Below, in pieces: positions 48,227 to 50,567 of a stretch of 50,567 nucleotides of DNA. The notes under the pieces are model-generated. The model worked only from the letters and a program-made list of their open reading frames with translations. It was not told where the DNA came from and made no database searches. The position numbers and the translations under genes were made by a program. The stretch is from an uncultured bacterium (GTDB taxonomy: Bacteria > UBP14 > UBA6098 > B30-G16): the NCBI GenBank assembly GCA_965552135.1, contig CBEVQY010000021.1, positions 1-50,567 of the forward strand. The letters run 5' to 3'. How positions within the stretch are numbered: the first letter of the stretch is position 1; the number at the start of each line of letters is the position of its first letter.

Positions 48227-50567
48227 ATGCGTTTCCCCATCCTCTGGGCGCTTGCTGCGCTCGCTGTTCTGTCCTGCTGCACTCTCTCGCACGCGGTGGC
48301 ACCGAAAACGCTCACCTACCAGGGCAAGCTCACCGATGTGGGGGGAGTCGCGGTAGACGACACGCTCGATATGGTTTTCGAGCTCTACGACAGTCCGACG
48401 GGCGGGGTGAGCCTTTGGAGTGAGCATCATCCTGCTGTTCCCGTGCGGCACGGGCTTTTCTCGGTGGTGCTCGGGGAGGACGTCCCCCTCATACTCGATT
48501 TCGACGAGCAGTACTACCTCCAGGTCACGGTTGAGGGTCACGTTATGTCTCCACGTGTGAGGTTGACGGGTTCTGCGTATGCTCTGCGCGCTTTGGTAGC
48601 GGACAGCGTTGCGGGCGGGATAGATGATCTATCGGACAACTCTCTGGGGGATCTGGGCGATGTGGATGTGTCGGCTGTCGACAGCGGCTATGTTCTCAAG
48701 TGGAACGGCGCGTTTTGGGCGCCTGCTCCCGACAACGAGGCTACCCAGAACGTCTTTTCCAGGGTCACCGACGGCGTCAACACCTACGTTGCTTCAAGCC
48801 CTGCGGATAGCATACGCTTTGTTGGGGTCGGTGGGACGGCGGTGGAGGTGAATCCTGTGACCGGCGTGGTCGCTATAAACGGGAATGCGGAGGGTTTTGT
48901 TCATTCGGTCTCTGCGACTGGTGGTCTTGTGAACATCGGCGACGAGGACAGCGTTGTCATAACGTTTTCGGATATGGGAGCCGACTCGAGCGACCTTCTT
49001 ATGTGGGATGGTTCGTCGTGGGTGCCCGGGCAGCCTTCGTTTGTTCGCTTCGTCACCGGGACAGGAGGTCTTGCTGCGACGGGGACGGGGGACAGCGTGG
49101 TTTTGTCCCTCTCCGACATGGGGGCGGACTCCGGCGAGGTCCTCCGCTGGGATGGCTCGCAGTGGTCTCCGTGGTCGATCACGGGTTTCGTCAGGTGTGT
49201 TGAGGGCGCCGATGGTCTTGTTGCGATGGGCACTGCGGATAGCGTCGTCCTGGGTCTTTCGGACATGGGCGCGGACTCCGGCGAGGTCCTCTACTGGGAC
49301 GGCTCCCAGTGGACGCCGGGGCTTCCTCGCCTCGCCTCAGTTATCTGGGATCAGGACAGCGTAAGCGGTGCGGTGTATCCTGTAGCTTCTGACGTTGCTC
49401 AGCTTGTCATCCACAGCCTTGGCGATTCGGCATCTGCGAGCTTAGTGCAGTCTGACAGCACGACCACGGGCGAGTGGTACGGCCTTTTCGTCAGTCGCCA
49501 GGGACACGCCAATTCCAACGGGAAGGGTCTTTATGCATATGCTGGTGCTTTGAGCGGGGTTGGTACGACGAATGAGTTTTACGGTGTTTACGGAAAAGCC
49601 GGTTATGGCGCCCGTAACTACGGCGTATACGGTGACGCTGAGGACGTTGGGACGGGCGAGGGCTACGGCGTTTACGGCAGAGGGAAGACCTACGCTGTTT
49701 ACGGCTATTCGGAGAGTGGCTACGGTTGCTACTTCGACGCCCCGAAGAACTACTTCAGCGGGAACGTGGGGATAGGTCCGGGCGCAGATGATCCCGGCTG
49801 TGCGCTTAAGGTAAGGGGGCGCTTCGACCTGAAGTATGGCAGCAGTTCAGTGTGCATTGGAGAACATGCATGTGATAGCCTTGTGAGTGCTGTAGAGAAT
49901 GTTGCCGTAGGTATTTCCGCATTGAGGAAAAACGATAATTCTAACGGCAACACAGCAGTTGGGGCATCCGCCCTGTATAGTTTAAGAGGTTCCTTGGGAG
50001 AAAACACTGCAATAGGTGCGGGTGCATTTGATGAATTAATCGACGGACGCACAAACGCAGGTTGTGGTGCATATACATATTGGGGACTGAAAGAGGGCAA
50101 TAGCAATACTGCCTGTGGCGCATATACATATACGGGTCTGAAACGTGGCAGTTACAATACTGCCTGTGGTGCTCTCGCAGATGGAGTTGATACCATGTAT
50201 TATAACACCACCGCTTTGGGATATGGTGCCACTGTAACCGATGATAACCAGGTCCGCATAGGAAATTCGTCTGTCACAAGCATTGGCGGCTACGCGAACT
50301 GGACGAACCTCTCCGACGGTAGATTTAAAAAGGATGTGCGCGAAGACGTCCCGGGTCTTGTCTTCATCCGCAAGCTTCGACCGATAACTTATCACCTCGA
50401 TGTCAGGAAATTGAACGAGTTTTTGGGCGCGCCGGACAGCATATATGCGGATTCGTTCTGGACGAGCGCAATAGCACAGAAGGAGGCGATTGTCCAGAGC
50501 GGGTTTATAGCGCAGGAGGTTGAGGAGGCAGCAAAGTCGATTGGCTACGATTTCAGCGGAGTCGATG
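48227..50567 (+). CDS. Secreted tail-fibre-like protein B with S74 chaperone, 3'-truncated (absent from the ORF track)
   Basis: Read by hand from ATG 48227 (SD AGGAGG): MRFPILWALAALAVLSCC..LTYQGKLTD..SAYALRA..QSDSTTTGEWYG..GNVGIGPGADDP..NLSDGRFKKDV..GFIAQEVE. The frame is open to the window end. Confidence 0.88.
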   Translation, partial: MRFPILWALAALAVLSCCTLSHAVAPKTLTYQGKLTDVGGVAVDDTLDMVFELYDSPTGGVSLWSEHHPAVPVRHGLFSVVLGEDVPLILDFDEQYYLQVTVEGHVMSPRVRLTGSAYALRALVADSVAGGIDDLSDNSLGDLGDVDVSAVDSGYVLKWNGAFWAPAPDNEATQNVFSRVTDGVNTYVASSPADSIRFVGVGGTAVEVNPVTGVVAINGNAEGFVHSVSATGGLVNIGDEDSVVITFSDMGADSSDLLMWDGSSWVPGQPSFVRFVTGTGGLAATGTGDSVVLSLSDMGADSGEVLRWDGSQWSPWSITGFVRCVEGADGLVAMGTADSVVLGLSDMGADSGEVLYWDGSQWTPGLPRLASVIWDQDSVSGAVYPVASDVAQLVIHSLGDSASASLVQSDSTTTGEWYGLFVSRQGHANSNGKGLYAYAGALSGVGTTNEFYGVYGKAGYGARNYGVYGDAEDVGTGEGYGVYGRGKTYAVYGYSESGYGCYFDAPKNYFSGNVGIGPGADDPGCALKVRGRFDLKYGSSSVCIGEHACDSLVSAVENVAVGISALRKNDNSNGNTAVGASALYSLRGSLGENTAIGAGAFDELIDGRTNAGCGAYTYWGLKEGNSNTACGAYTYTGLKRGSYNTACGALADGVDTMYYNTTALGYGATVTDDNQVRIGNSSVTSIGGYANWTNLSDGRFKKDVREDVPGLVFIRKLRPITYHLDVRKLNEFLGAPDSIYADSFWTSAIAQKEAIVQSGFIAQEVEEAAKSIGYDFSGVD
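48896..49325 (+). repeat. Three ~48-aa repeats in fibre B
   Basis: FV..V....GL...G..DSVV...SDMGADS...L.WDGS.W.P units starting at 48896, 49040 and 49187. Confidence 0.85.

Noticed and set aside
47144..50567. Diversity-generating retroelement (TR/VR pair)
   Set aside because: There is no reverse transcriptase in the window. Differences between the copies include indels and synonymous changes at all bases, not adenine-specific ones.
44840..50567. Prophage or tailocin
   Set aside because: The proteins carry signal peptides, and no structural, lysis or integrase genes are visible. Sequence beyond the window edge cannot be assessed.

Overview
This is a GC-rich (~60%, estimated by eye) bacterial chromosomal window, probably from an uncultured anaerobic diderm of the FCB group. 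That taxonomy is inferred from the PNPFN/FlgD-type C-terminal domains and a Bacteroidota-like RNAP omega subunit. From left to right: (1) the 3' part of a fibre-like surface protein gene; (2) a ~13 kb minus-strand run: a 376-aa unknown, an FN3/DUF6754-type membrane protein, three more membrane proteins, a lipoprotein, a cysteine desulfurase, iorA, a GlmL-type ASKHA ATPase, rpoZ and a ferredoxin-fused etfA; (3) tgt; (4) a DUF6485-like/TPR/tilS/2x CNNM operon; (5) the spc-alpha ribosomal cluster, unusually starting at rpsQ; (6) rpmE-thyX-holA; (7) two secreted proteins with C-terminal sorting-type domains, one a thermolysin-like protease; (8) CIRCE-controlled groES-groEL; (9) two tandem signal-peptide-bearing tail-fibre-like genes with S74 autochaperones. 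The best candidates for new biology are two. The first is the uncharacterised five-gene membrane cluster plus the orphan GlmL-type ATPase, which shows signs of inverted-topology pseudo-symmetry like a transporter. The second is the tandem fibre genes, which carry low-GC variable cassettes between near-identical flanks. I saw no tRNA, rRNA, CRISPR array, integrase or transposase. Family names come from motif recognition, not database searches.
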